From NCBI GenBank assembly GCA_001179505.1, contig CDMY01001040.1:124001-188000 (forward strand): a stretch of 64,000 nucleotides of DNA, in the 5' to 3' direction. This document shows positions 39,401 to 53,649 of this stretch, one piece after another (within the stretch, counting starts at the first letter, position 1; each line of letters opens with the position of its first letter). The notes beneath the pieces were generated by a model that did not search any database, was not told the origin of the DNA, and saw only the letters and a program-made list of their open reading frames with translations. The translations under genes were made by a program, and so were the position numbers. The stretch comes from Vitrella brassicaformis CCMP3155. Taxonomy: Eukaryota > Protista > Chromerida.

Positions 39401-41076
39401 CAGCGAGGAGGCTTTCCTGCCGCGACGCCCCGGCCGCCCCCTGCCGCTGCTGCTGCTGCTGCTGCTGCCCATGTCGCGGGCGTGACTCCTGCGATTGCTG
39501 GGTGGGGGACTGAGGCATCGTAGAGAAGACACTGGGAGGGGGCTGCTTGCGGCTGTGATCCATGGCCGCCGCCGGTGTCGGTCTGGCTGCCTGTGCCGCC
39601 TGCCGCTGCTGTCCCGCCCCTGATGCTCCTGTTACAGTCTTCTGGGCAGCCGGCGCGGTCGCTGTCTGTGGAGTCGCCTGACGGGACGGCCCTCCCTCCT
39701 CGACCTTGACGCGCACGCCACCCGTCTTCTGCGTCGGTACCACACCGCCGTGTCCACGTCCATTTTGACCCTTGTCGCTCCCGTCAGCCGGCTCCTCCTT
39801 GACGTCTCGACGCCAGACGGAGGGACAGTTGCGAGTCGGCCTCCCAGTGGACGTCAGGCTCCCAGAGGGGCAGCCGCTGTCCTGGGACGCTGGTCGATGG
39901 AGTGCGGGTCGGTCGGCCGCTCGCTGTGATGCACCTTCCTTGGACTGCCCTCTCTCCTGCGATTTGCCCATCGACACTCTCTTGTCATCCCGTTGAAGAG
40001 GTGGCCTCGCCTGCTGCTGCTGGTGGTGGTGGTGGTTGTGGTGGTGGGTGCCGGGGGCTGGTAGAGGGGGCAAGGCAAGCTGTGGCTGCACTTGTTTGTA
40101 CTTGTGGATGAGGGTGCTGAAGTTCCAGCTGGAGTCGGGTGACGTGCCAAGGGGTGGGCGGGACACGGACGCTTTGATCGTGATCGGGGCGCCGCCATCC
40201 TTCGTGGCCAACGGTCCCAGCGTCACTGTGCAGCTGTCGCCGTCAGCTGCGGTCACCCTGACCTGCCCGTCCGTGAGATGACAGATACACCTGAAGTCGG
40301 GGTCCTTTGAGCTGCACTTGGCCACCAGCTCATCCAGGCAGTCTCGCTCGAGGCTCGAGCTGGCTGGTGTCCATCCCGAGTAGCGCGCGGCTTGCGTGGG
40401 AGGCTTCTTGTGGCCTGAGTTGTGCTCCGTCTTGATGACTGCAGGTATGCCGACAGGACCAGGAGAGGCAGAGGCAGTGCGAGGGGGAAGATGGCGGGCG
40501 AAGGGCTTGTCATAAGGGGGGATGGGGTGAGGAATCGGACGGCCACGGACACTTCCAGCTGCCTGCACACGCCACGCAAACATGAATGATGACAACACAA
40601 CAGCGTAGCGTATGAGGGGCTGTCGGTAAGGTAATATGGTGTGGTCCAGCTGCCTACCTGAGGAGTCGCCTCGTTGGCCGGAGCGTGGACACCAGCCTTC
40701 CCCGCCGCCGGCAGGGCAGCACCGTGAGCGTTCGGTGGGCGGCAGCCGGTTGGCCGCATCCGTGCCGACGCTGCTGACGCCACAGGAGGCTGGTGAGAGC
40801 CTGGTGCAGCCATCACCGTGTGTGTGTGGCCCTTTGGGTGTGCGGCTGGTGGAGGGCTTGTGGCGCCAATGCCCAGCGAGGGCAAGTGGAGGTTAGGGAC
40901 GTCTGGTTTGGCGTGGATGGCGGCTCCAGCATCCACAGTCCGACCGCTCCCTGAGCCATACACACAGACACAGAGCGAAAACAGAAGATCCACCACGGCT
41001 CAATGCCAACGGACCGAACAGTGTGAGTAGCACGTGCGCCGCGCCCACCTGTGGCATGATGCCGCTGTGCGTCCAT
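33466..41076 (-). CDS. Cluster gene 3: five uncharacterised domains plus C-terminal SAM-like domain
   Basis: MDAQRHHAT G| start; long open exons (38.7-40.6, 37.9-38.6, 36.0-37.8, 34.6-35.9 kb) with compatible phases; SAM-like LEELSVDEVRAVF..|QRLDGNALSSL..|KMEEFGL|RNLLSKWINDSKRDG|VEVPLS*. Confidence 0.78.
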
Positions 41077-41625
41077 CCCTCGCGACGACTATCTGTGTGG
41101 CTGACGTCTCGCCCTGGGGAAAACAACACTACTATGTATGACCTTGTTTCATCATCCCGCTGCCGTCACGACGGACTCACTCACAGATCCTTCCAGGAAT
41201 CAGCAAATCCTCTGGCATCTCATATCCGCATCGTTCCACGGCGAGCCCTAAGCCCCGACAGCCAAAAACTGTTGACTCTCGTACGCTTGCAAAGTGGGTG
41301 TTTGCGGTGACCGAGTGAACGAGTAGTAGTGACTCGATTTGCACTGCGGGCCGCTCCGTCGTAGTCGACTCAGTGCGCTTGTTCTCTGCGCTCATTCGTT
41401 GTTTATCACTGTCGTTGAGTGATGCTGATGCACACAATAGTAAATCGCAGGTCAAACATCCACGCAGATCGAAAAACAGTCACGTCGTGGACAGCAACGT
41501 CGTGACAAACACAGATGCACACACACACACACACACACACTCACGTGCACACGAGCAACGATGTGCATGCGCATGGCTTCATGGATGGATGGATGGATAA
41601 AGCACACGAACGACTGTCGATGCCG

Positions 41626-44600
41626 TCACGATTCGGCACCAGTGATGGCAGAGCCTGCCTCTGCTGAGGCCCCCGTATCCTCGGCCAATGCCGCAGCAAC
41701 AGCAGCAGCGACATCCCCATTCCCATCCAACAGAACACCACCATCATCTGATCAGTCACACGCACCCACAAGGCGACACATACAGAGCCTGGACACCGGT
41801 AGAGTGAGTGGCCCACCTGTCTTCTGCACCTTGGTCGGTCGGCTCTCCCCCTCTCCCTCAGCCACGGGCGGCTCATGCGCCTTCCGCTTGCCCCGCGAGA
41901 CCTCCTCAACCACCATCCCCCACCCATCGCCCACCAAGGGAGCCGCAGGTGGTCCTGACAGCCGACACAGACATACAACAGATGGACCCATGTAGCCATC
42001 TTTGCATGCCTTCCCGCCGACCGACCTGGTGGACGGTCGCCCTCTGGCTGGGCAGCTGTGGCCGCTAGCCAGTCGTCGAAATTCCGCCATACCGTGTCCT
42101 CGAATGTCACCGTCACCTCACTGGGCATCGCCGCCTCTCGTCGTGCAAGACGCACAGCCCTGGCCAGCCGCTCGAAGCCGTCCCACCCATCCCGCACATC
42201 CCACCGCAGATCGACACAGACGCTGCAGTTGTTGGACATGCTGACCTCGACCTCCACGCATCTCGACCCCTTGTCAGGCGTGCGGGTGAAAGTGGCCGCA
42301 TCGACGAGGCCCTCGAAGTCGGGCTCGTACAACGGGCTCTCCTTGTCACACATCTCTCGGAAGACGCCAGTGCACCGCTCCAGTCTTGACACCATGTCTT
42401 GCTCATCTGTGCGCCGGTCAGGGGGAGGGTGCTGAGGTGCTGGTCCGTCGGTCAAGTCCATCATCTGTCGCTCGACGGCCGACCCATCCTCAACCGCCTC
42501 CAAATCCCGCTGCACCACCGAAGGGAAGGCTGCTGGTGGTTGTGTTGGTGGTGCGGATGAACTCGGCTCTGCTACTGACGCCTGCTGGGCATCGGTCTCT
42601 GCACCGACGAACCCAACACACACAAAACACATACAAAGGCAAATATGGGCGGAATGAGTGGGCGTGGCCATCATGTCCATGATAGCCATCCAAATGGAAG
42701 CACCTCCCTACCTACCGTCTTTGGCCGGCGTACCGTCTTTGGCCGGCGGCTGTGTGTGGATGTCCCCCTGGCTGTTGCGGATGCACACCTCTGCACACAC
42801 AAACAACACAAGAACACGTGTGGCCGAAAACATGAATGATGAATGCCATGACGCCCACGTGATGCCTTGTCTTACCGGGCGGCACCTGTTCCCCCGGCAG
42901 CCAGCCCTTCCCCCGACACTCGTCGCGAAAGGCAACTGCATGCACCAAGGCCTCCCTCAGCTCGTCAGGCTCTCCCTTGGTCGGGCGGAAGTAGCGCGAC
43001 TTCCTCTCCACCTCACCGTTGTCCAGGGTCTTCTGGTAGCACATGATGAACACCTGACGCGTCTCGGAGTAAGTGACGTGGAAGCCCGGCACACGCTTGC
43101 CGTTGCACAACAGCCCCTCCCTCTGTCGCTGCTCGTTGATCATGCGGTTGGCCAGCATGCTGAGCATGGCCTTGTTGCCCCACTGGAGCGAAGGCAGCCG
43201 GTGTGACGTGAGAGAATCCCTCGCTGCGGCCGCCGCTGAGGGGGCCACCGCCAGACGATCATCTGACGGTTGGTCAATCCCGTCAGCTCTCGCGCCCTGT
43301 CCATCGGCTGATGATGAAGGCACCTGCCCACCACGGCTGTCCTGGTGCTGGCTTCCTGCTCGCTCGCGTGTTGAGGCGGACGCATCAGCGGACGCCAGGG
43401 CCTCCATCTCTTCCAGCCCGACCCCTTCCTCATCGACGGGACTCACAGAGACCTCACGGTCGGCTTGCCCCTCGGCGAACACGTCGTCTCTCGCGGCCAG
43501 GCCCGTCTGCTCTGCCGGTGGCTGCAAGCGCTTGCGTTTGCCGAAGTCGGGCGCCGCCGTGAGCTGCCTCCTGTATTTCAGAATGCGCTTGCCGTGCAGC
43601 TGAATGAAGGTGTAAAGGGATGGGTCGGGTGGGGCGCCGTTGCGCTGCCGTGCCGCTTTGATCTTGGCCCTGACGTTGCCGAGGGACCAGTAGGTCCTCC
43701 CCCGTGTCGGATCGCGATGCACCGGCGCATCGACCCAGTACTCGCCCCCGTGGCCATCGGCGAACGGCCCGAGGACGCACGTGACGGCTTCCTCGTGTGT
43801 GGACGTAGGGTCGTGAATGACGGCGCTCAAGCCCGCCTGCGTTCTCAAGCTCGAGTCGTTGTAGAAGAGCACCTTCACCTCATGGATGAGGACAGCAGAT
43901 GAGCGGGGACTTGTCGTGGGGCGGTGGCTTGGCGACAGCTCAGGACGTCCCTCTCCCTGACCCACCCTGTCGCCCTGCTCCACGGCCTCGCGAGCCATTC
44001 TTGCTCGCGCCGCAAGAACGGAACCCGTGGGGCTGCTGCCTCCTTGGGTCTCGAGAAGCTTGTCGAAGAGGTCGCCAAACTGCCACCCACTACTGCGTGT
44101 CGACGCCCGCCGACTCCCCGCCCGCCTGGCGACGCCTTTGACAGCCACGCACTGCCCGTCTGGGGTGTCGATAGGTCCCACTGTCACCTCGATCGTGCCG
44201 TCGGGATTGAGAGAGAAGTTGGTCTTGCTTTCGAGAGTGTCGAGGAACTGCCGGGCGTCGAACTCGCTCTGGTCGACTAGACTGGAGGCTGGCGTGCTCT
44301 TGCACTTGGCGACGAAGGCAGCGCGACACGTGCGGATGCACTCGTCCTCAGGATTGGTGTGCATTGGGTCGTCGCTGTCCCTGGCCTCGTGTCCATTGTC
44401 GTGTCGCCATGCTGCAGGACAGGCGTCTGTGTGCATGCCTGAGACACACGCAGAAAGGGTCAGTTTGCCAATGTGTGAGTGAGCCACCTCCTTTGTGCGT
44501 GCAATGCATCGTGTGGATGTGTACCCTTCGTGTGTGACTGCTGCGCCACTGGAGTTATCGGTGCAGGAGACAGTGGGCGAGCTTCCCTTGGGTGGGGCAT

Positions 44601-46228
44601 ATCTGGCAAAGGACGGGAGACAACGAAGCGAGTGTCGGCCGGCCAGCTCATTGTGCGAGCGTGTGAGTGTGCGTGGGTCTGCGTCACTCACCTGCAGCGC
44701 GTTCTGGGTTTTATTTTGCTCGCCTCCTCTGGTCCTCTTCGGCGAGCCTCACGGGGAGCACTACAGCAGGGGGCTCGCTCTGAGCACGACACCACAGGCA
44801 AACCGCCCCTCCGCACACGGATGACCGGTGGCTGTTGCGGGTTTGCCATACCGATTGACGGAGCACGTGATGCACCCACTTCTCGGCCTTATTGCGCACC
44901 TTCTCGTAGCGCGACTCGATCGGGGCCGAGGAACCCAACGTACACACACGCATACTGAACACACCAATGGCACACAGACATGCACATCTTACTTAGGTCG
45001 CCTGTACTCTTCATTCGTCGGTGCTTACGCTCTCCAGACAGCGTCACGGTATTGGCCCTCGTCCATCCCATCCGGCACGCCAAACTGTAGGGCCGTCGGC
45101 GGGTCGAACACCTGGTACTGCGGCTCCTCACTCACACCGCCACCAGCTCCGCCACCAACAGACGAACGGTCGTTATCTCCGCCCTCCTCACAAGCACCCG
45201 TCGGCATCAGCGCAGTATCATGCCGTGCAGCTACCTCCCCCCTCTCGTCGCTCGGCTGCTCTCCCGCTGCCGCTGCCACTGCCGCCGGCTGGTCTCCCCG
45301 CTCAGGGCCGGGACCGCTCTTGTCTGCCGGGGCGCCAACAGATCGCTGCTCGGTCGATGCACCTCCTCCATCTGCTGGCGGTGATGGTAACGTGTGTCGG
45401 TCCTCGGTGTGGGTGAGGGGTCCGTCACCACTGATGCGATCGTCGGCAGGAGGGGGTGGGCGTGGGGGACTTGGTTCACATGACGCCGGGACAGCGTCGC
45501 CAGTCTGTCCCCTCCTGGCCTTCTCGCAGTGCTGCGCCCCGTCCCTCTCGCCGTCATCTGCCTTGACACTCGCACTCTCCTTGTCAGCCAGAACCTCAAT
45601 CCACATCATGTCCCGACTGATCGCCTGCTTGGGCCTCAGCAGACGATGATTTGTCCGGCGGGGATGAATGGACCGGGGGCGACGCAGTGGGCCGGACGCG
45701 CGTTGGTAGGCGAGAGCAGGTGAGGGTGCAGGGGGTCGCGCCGTGAAGTTCACCCTTCTTCGCTGGATGGCATCGAGCACCTCATTGGTCGCCCTCTCGA
45801 ACCTCTGGTGAACCACCTCCCTCCAGCCCTCCTCCGACACAAATGGCACGACAGGCAAGTTGGTCAAATCTACCTCGCGCACGACCGCCTGGCCGCCTGC
45901 AGGTGGGCGGAACTCGCACAAGAAGCCGCCGGTGCCCGACGAGTCCCAGTCGATGTCGCTCAGCTCCGTATAATTGGGCTGGATCTCGCGCAGCTTGGCA
46001 CAAACACGTCTTGCGTGGGCTGCCAGCGCCTCAGCGGCATCAGGCTGCGATGCGATGGTGCGGCTATCTGATAGACGCACACAAACCGATCCATCCAGCA
46101 CATTTATCCAGGATGCGATGCTTGTCAGCATGAATTTGGCTTGGGTGCTTGTCGTGTCAGCAGGCCATTCGTCGTGCACCTCACGTACCTTGAGGCTCGC
46201 CCGTCTGAGGTCCGTGCCCTCCACTCAT
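41626..46228 (-). CDS. Cluster gene 4: AP2-like N-terminal segment, two uncharacterised domains, AP2 domain, one more uncharacterised domain; no SAM (could be two genes split near 44.7 kb)
   Basis: MSGGHGPQTGEPQ G|DSRT start; AP2 GFHVTYSETRQVFIMCYQKTLDNGEVERKSRYFRPTKGEPDELREALVHAVAFRDEC at ~42.9-43.1 kb; splicing at 44.45-44.95 kb unresolved. Confidence 0.65.
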
Positions 46229-46922
46229 GCTGAGCCTGCTTCCTCCCGACGGGGAGATCTCAATCCACCAACCATTGCCAGTGGAGAAGACGGAGAGGCG
46301 TAAACGTTACAGTGAGCCTCTCTGGGCGAACAAAGTATAAAATCCTTTTCTTTCCGGTGTGCTCTGTCTGTCTGTCTCTCTCTCTCTCTCTGTCTTCTTC
46401 ATCCGCACCAATGACCACAATCCTCAGCAATCGAAGAGTCCAAAGCGACTGACGCATCACATTGAAGTCTTCGAAGCTGCTGAGCATCACGGTCATTGTG
46501 AGACAACGTGCAGCGAGACGATGACACGCAGTCAGTACCCCAGGACAGGAGACACATCCGATGGTGACACCAGTGAGGTGAAAGTGAGGCGCTCTCAGCT
46601 TCTAAGACACATGATTGATACGTACGTATAATTGTCTGTCTACACAGATGACACAACGAACGCTCATGCACACCAAATTTCCACCTCCTCACCGTCCGTC
46701 CGTCAGTCAGTCAGTCAGGCAGGCAGGCAGACGGAGAAAGCAGCGCCTTGCGCTGATGTATGTCAGTGCCCACCCACTCAATGCACACGGCACCTACACC
46801 AACCATATACACACCCTACCACACCCTCCCACAGCCTGCCTGCCTGCCAACCAGCCGGGAGAAAACAAGAAGGGCAAAATCTCATGATCCGCCTCCCCCT
46901 CCCCCAGGCGTGCGTCCACGTA

Positions 46923-47224
46923 TCACCGCCCGACCTTCTCCGTTTCCTTCTCCTTGGTGTCCTCTGCTGGCACGGCGCACTCATCCTCACACCCTTGGGG
47001 GTAGGCCGACTTGTCCCGCAGCTTCGCCGCCCTCTCCTCCATCACCTTGGCCAGATCGGGCCTCCCTGTGAGCCGCAGCCTGTTACTCGCCCAGATGTCA
47101 TATGCGACGTCCACTGCAGGGCCGATGACTGGAAGCTTAGTGGCCGCATAGACCCAGCCAAGACCTGCACACACACAAGACAAGGCAGAAGAGGCGACAG
47201 CACTATGTGTGCCTTGTCGGCCTC

Positions 47225-47255
<31 letters not shown>

Positions 47256-47784
47256 CTTGTTGTGCTCACCGATGGCTTCATAGACCCTCCTGAAGACCTC
47301 CACCCCGCTGATGACGTCGCCCGACGACGTGACGGCATGAATGGACCGCATGCCCCTCTCGAAGTCCACATTGCCGTGCTCTTCCTGCTTGTACCCCGGC
47401 GACGCCAGGTCAGTGAACTGGATCTTGCCCTCCGTGTCGCGCTTCTTGCTGCAAAGCAAATAAAGCACACACACACACAACACAGCACGACAGTCGCGCT
47501 CCTCGAGGTCAGTGCGGGTGCGTGTCTGCATCTGATCTCTCTCACAGGAAGTCTATCTCCTTGAGGCACAGCGGACACTCGCCATCGTAGAGGAGGTCAA
47601 TCTGCCAGGTCGGTGGAGATTGGGCCGCCCGCTGGGACATCATCCGAGCGCGAGTGAGCCGTTGGAAGGCATTGGATGACGTCAGGCGGCCTCCTGAGGC
47701 GGGCAGCTGGAAAGATCTGCTCACGCGGGCAGCGGCGACGAACATGATCACCGTCAGCAACACACTGCTTTGTCCTCTGCACAT
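46923..47784 (-). CDS. DCC-family thiol-disulfide oxidoreductase (DUF393/DCC1-like) with bipartite leader
   Basis: LLYDGECPLCLKEIDFL (DxxCxxC), IHAVTSSGDVISGVEVFRRVYEAIG|LGWVYA, AYDIWASNRLRLTGR; leader MCRGQSSVLLTVIMFVAAARVSRSFQLP. Confidence 0.9.
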
Positions 47785-48041
47785 CAATTCAGGCCTGAAA
47801 GGGATAGACTACCGACGGTGCACCCTTCCTTGAGCATCAACTGTCAAGCGCTGGAAGAGAGCGAGCTTCTCTTCCTGGCCCGGCCATGATGGATCGGCCA
47901 GCATCACTGGAGAGCATGCAACGAAAAAGGTTGACGAGAAAACACTGCATGCAGACATGCACACGAAATGTCGCATCACGGCACTTTGTGTCCGTTTCCT
48001 CGCTCCTTTCGCATGATCTGTCTTTTTGTCTGTCTGTCTGT

Positions 48042-50738
<2,697 letters not shown>

Positions 50739-50769
50739 TCAGCGTGAAGCAGGCGTACACCACCCGACG

Positions 50770-52095
50770 ATGGATCCGTCCCAGCAAGCGCTCCTCACGT
50801 CACTCCTTCAACTGCAGCAGCATGCACCTGCACCCACCGGAGCAACCCCTGACCTCCCGCAGCTTGCCACGGCCCTGCTCACACAGCAGCTGACCCAACA
50901 AGTACCCTCCCACCCTTCAATCCAGCCTCCCATGGCTCCGCAGGCTGCTCCGGCACAGCTGGACATCTCATCGATTCTCGGCCTATCACCTGCTGCTGCA
51001 CCGCCTCCCGCCGCCGCTCTGCACGGGCTATCTGCCGAGACCATTCTGCAGGCGCTCGGGATGGGTCAACAGACACAGACGGCCTCCCCAGCTGCAGTGC
51101 CGATACAGCCACTTGTCCAGAGTGCCAGGGCAGATGAGCCGCCGGCCGCCAAGAGGCCGCGAGTCGAGAGGCGAGATGAGGGCGGTGCTGGTGCTGGTGC
51201 TGGTGCTGGGGAAAGCGGTGCGCTTCATGTGGTTGGCCGCTCTGAAGAGGCGAGCAGCGTCAGGGGGTGGAACAAGGGGCAACTGCAGCAGGTACGAATC
51301 TAGCTCGTTGTGCATCATCCATCTTTGATGAATATGCATCTCTGTGTGTCTTTGATCGTTGTGTGTGCAGTATTACTACCAGTGGTACATCATCAATGGT
51401 TACGCCCATCAGGATGCCATCAAGTCGGCAGCAGGTGAGCTAGCCCCCTCAGCCTCACTCAATACCTTTTTGTTGGTTTCTTTGTTTCAGTTCACGCCGG
51501 TTTGGCTCTGCTTGACAGCGTGAACCGATCCACCAGCAACACAACCACCACCTCTCCGCCCCCCACAGCAGCAGCAGCAGCAGCTCCACAGCCACCACAC
51601 ATCATCAAACCGGAGCCCAAACCAGAGCAACCCACCCAGGCAGCCCCCACCCCTCAGCCAGTAGAACAACAAGCCCCACAGCCTCAGCAGACACAGCCGC
51701 CTGCGACACAGCCAGCGGCGACGCCAGCACCAGAGACGATGGGCAAGGAGCAAGAAGCACTGCCTGTCGTCGAGACCAACACCGTGATCGAATCAGCGAG
51801 TGTCGGCGAGGTGGCCCCTCCAACACCTGCACCTGCTGCTGGTAATGACAGTCTGATGAACTCAACAGCCGCTGGCCCTGCCCCGCTGGCAACAGCCGCT
51901 GGCCCTGCCCCGCTGGTGTTTGCCGGTGGTGGTGGTGGCCAGGTCAGTGGCGGTGTTGTGGCTGGTGTGCCGGTGTACGAAGACGGGCCTTCCGTGGCTG
52001 CCGCAGACAACGGGGGGCCGGGCGATGATGGAGATGGTGGGGGTGAAATGGCCGAGCAAGATGCTAGGGAAGATAGCGGGCAGCAGAATATGTAG
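50770..52095 (+). CDS. Q/P/A-rich low-complexity protein of unknown function (3 exons)
   Basis: ATG 50770; GQLQQ|YYYQWYIINGYAHQDAIKSAA|VHAGLALLD joins are phase-compatible; TAG at 52093-52095. Confidence 0.65.
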
Positions 52096-52397
52096 TCGCT
52101 GCAGCAGCGTTTAATTGTTTGTGGATAGGCCTCAGGCAGGCAGGCAGGCAGGCAGGGAGGGATGACAGGTGTGCATGCCGGACACCTCATCCACGCATCC
52201 ATTGATTCGTGTGTGTGTTTCCCTTATGATAATCAATCCATTGAGGCATTGTGAGTGGGCGATGGCTGGCCGGCTGGGTAGCTCATACTGCCAAAGAATA
52301 GCGCCTTCAGCCTCGCTCACGGCCCTTAGATCAGTACCGATACACAACGGACGACTCCAACGATTCATTCACACTGTCTATGTGGGGCAGATACTAT

Positions 52398-52652
52398 AGA
52401 TGTGGCGAGCGAATTTCACGAGCCCATCCGATTCAAGACAGTCAAGGTACGACGGGGAGACACAATGTGAAAGCGGGAGAGAGCTCTCAGTTATCCTCTG
52501 TGTGTGCGTGTCTGGTTGCTGCCTGGCTGTCTGTCTGGCCGCAGGGGTTGAGTGTGGGTGAGGTGTATGTGTTGGGAGGGGAGAGGCTCAATGCTGTGCT
52601 GTTGGACTCGCTGGCCGAGCTACTGCGGATTCACCAGCTGCCTTCACACTGA
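52398..52652 (+). other. Possible spliced coding fragment (DTIDVASEFHEPIRFKTVK|GLSVGEVYVLGGERL..)
   Basis: Phase-compatible donor/acceptor and a stop at 52652, but no start exon identified. Confidence 0.25.
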
Positions 52653-53649
52653 CTGACTTGCAAGCTCATGTGCATGACACACACGTACAGACAGACAGAC
52701 AGACAGACGATATTTCACGACAAACTGAGCGGGTGGGGTTGGTCCGCCACTCTCTAAGCTGGTGCCAGGGATAGATAGGCCTCAACAAGAGCTGTCGATT
52801 GCATATAAGAATGGTGGGTCCACTATACGTCTGTGGCGAGAAATGACCAATGACATTCCCTGACCATGTGAGAGCCAGATCTCTACAACCAGATCTCGTG
52901 GCACCTTGCTGCATGACGCATATGAACCGCAATGGAATGCGCTGCAACATGGTACTCACACCTTGAGCTCATCTTCTCTCGTTGTCGAGAAATGACACGA
53001 TCAGTGCCGGCGGCCCGGGGGTGCTGGATCTAGTCAACGAAGATGCATCCAGCCGCCGTTCCTGCAGCATCTGAACCACAACAAGAGCAGCCATCTGTCA
53101 TTTCTTGACAGCGAGGCTCATTCGCTCACCTCTCTCTTTGCAATGAATGGATCGCCGGCAAGCTCGCGCAGAAGATCAGGGCGGAGATCTAGAGATGGCG
53201 GCCGCCAGAGGGAAGGCCAAAGCCAAGGCAAAGCCCTCTGCTGCCCGTCTCTTTGTGTGGTGATTGCCTGTCACCCGCTGAGTGTTTCTGCCGGGCGGTT
53301 TGTCGATTGGCGGTCAGGGTGGAGAGAAACGAGTGATCGGTCATGTACTTCGTGTCGATCAATCACTAATAACTCCATGAGGTGAGCACCAATCGGCACG
53401 CCCCTTTGTCAGGGTGTTCAGCAGAGACACCCCGTGATTTGCACCAGACGGATTTTTGATTGCATGTCTCGTTGCAGAGATACGACGCCAACAAGGCATC
53501 GGGTACATGGGATTTCTCAGGAAATCGTTAATAACTCTTCACGGTTGATGGCTACGGGGCTCGTTTTTGGTGAGTGTAATGCTGTTGACATGCTTGACAT
53601 TTCCCCTCGAGGGATCTTTGATTTATGGTCTGGGTGCAGAGATATGTGC

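Noticed and set aside
46060-46185. ACDC-like look of MLTSIASWINVLDGSVCVRL in ORF 45025-46224
   Set aside because: This stretch lies between a GTACGT donor and a TATCAG acceptor that join in phase, so it is most likely intron; that ORF also starts at GTG.
52700-53080. Possible minus-strand exon fragments (VPRDLVVEIWL..)
   Set aside because: All frames hit stops quickly and no phase-consistent model could be built.
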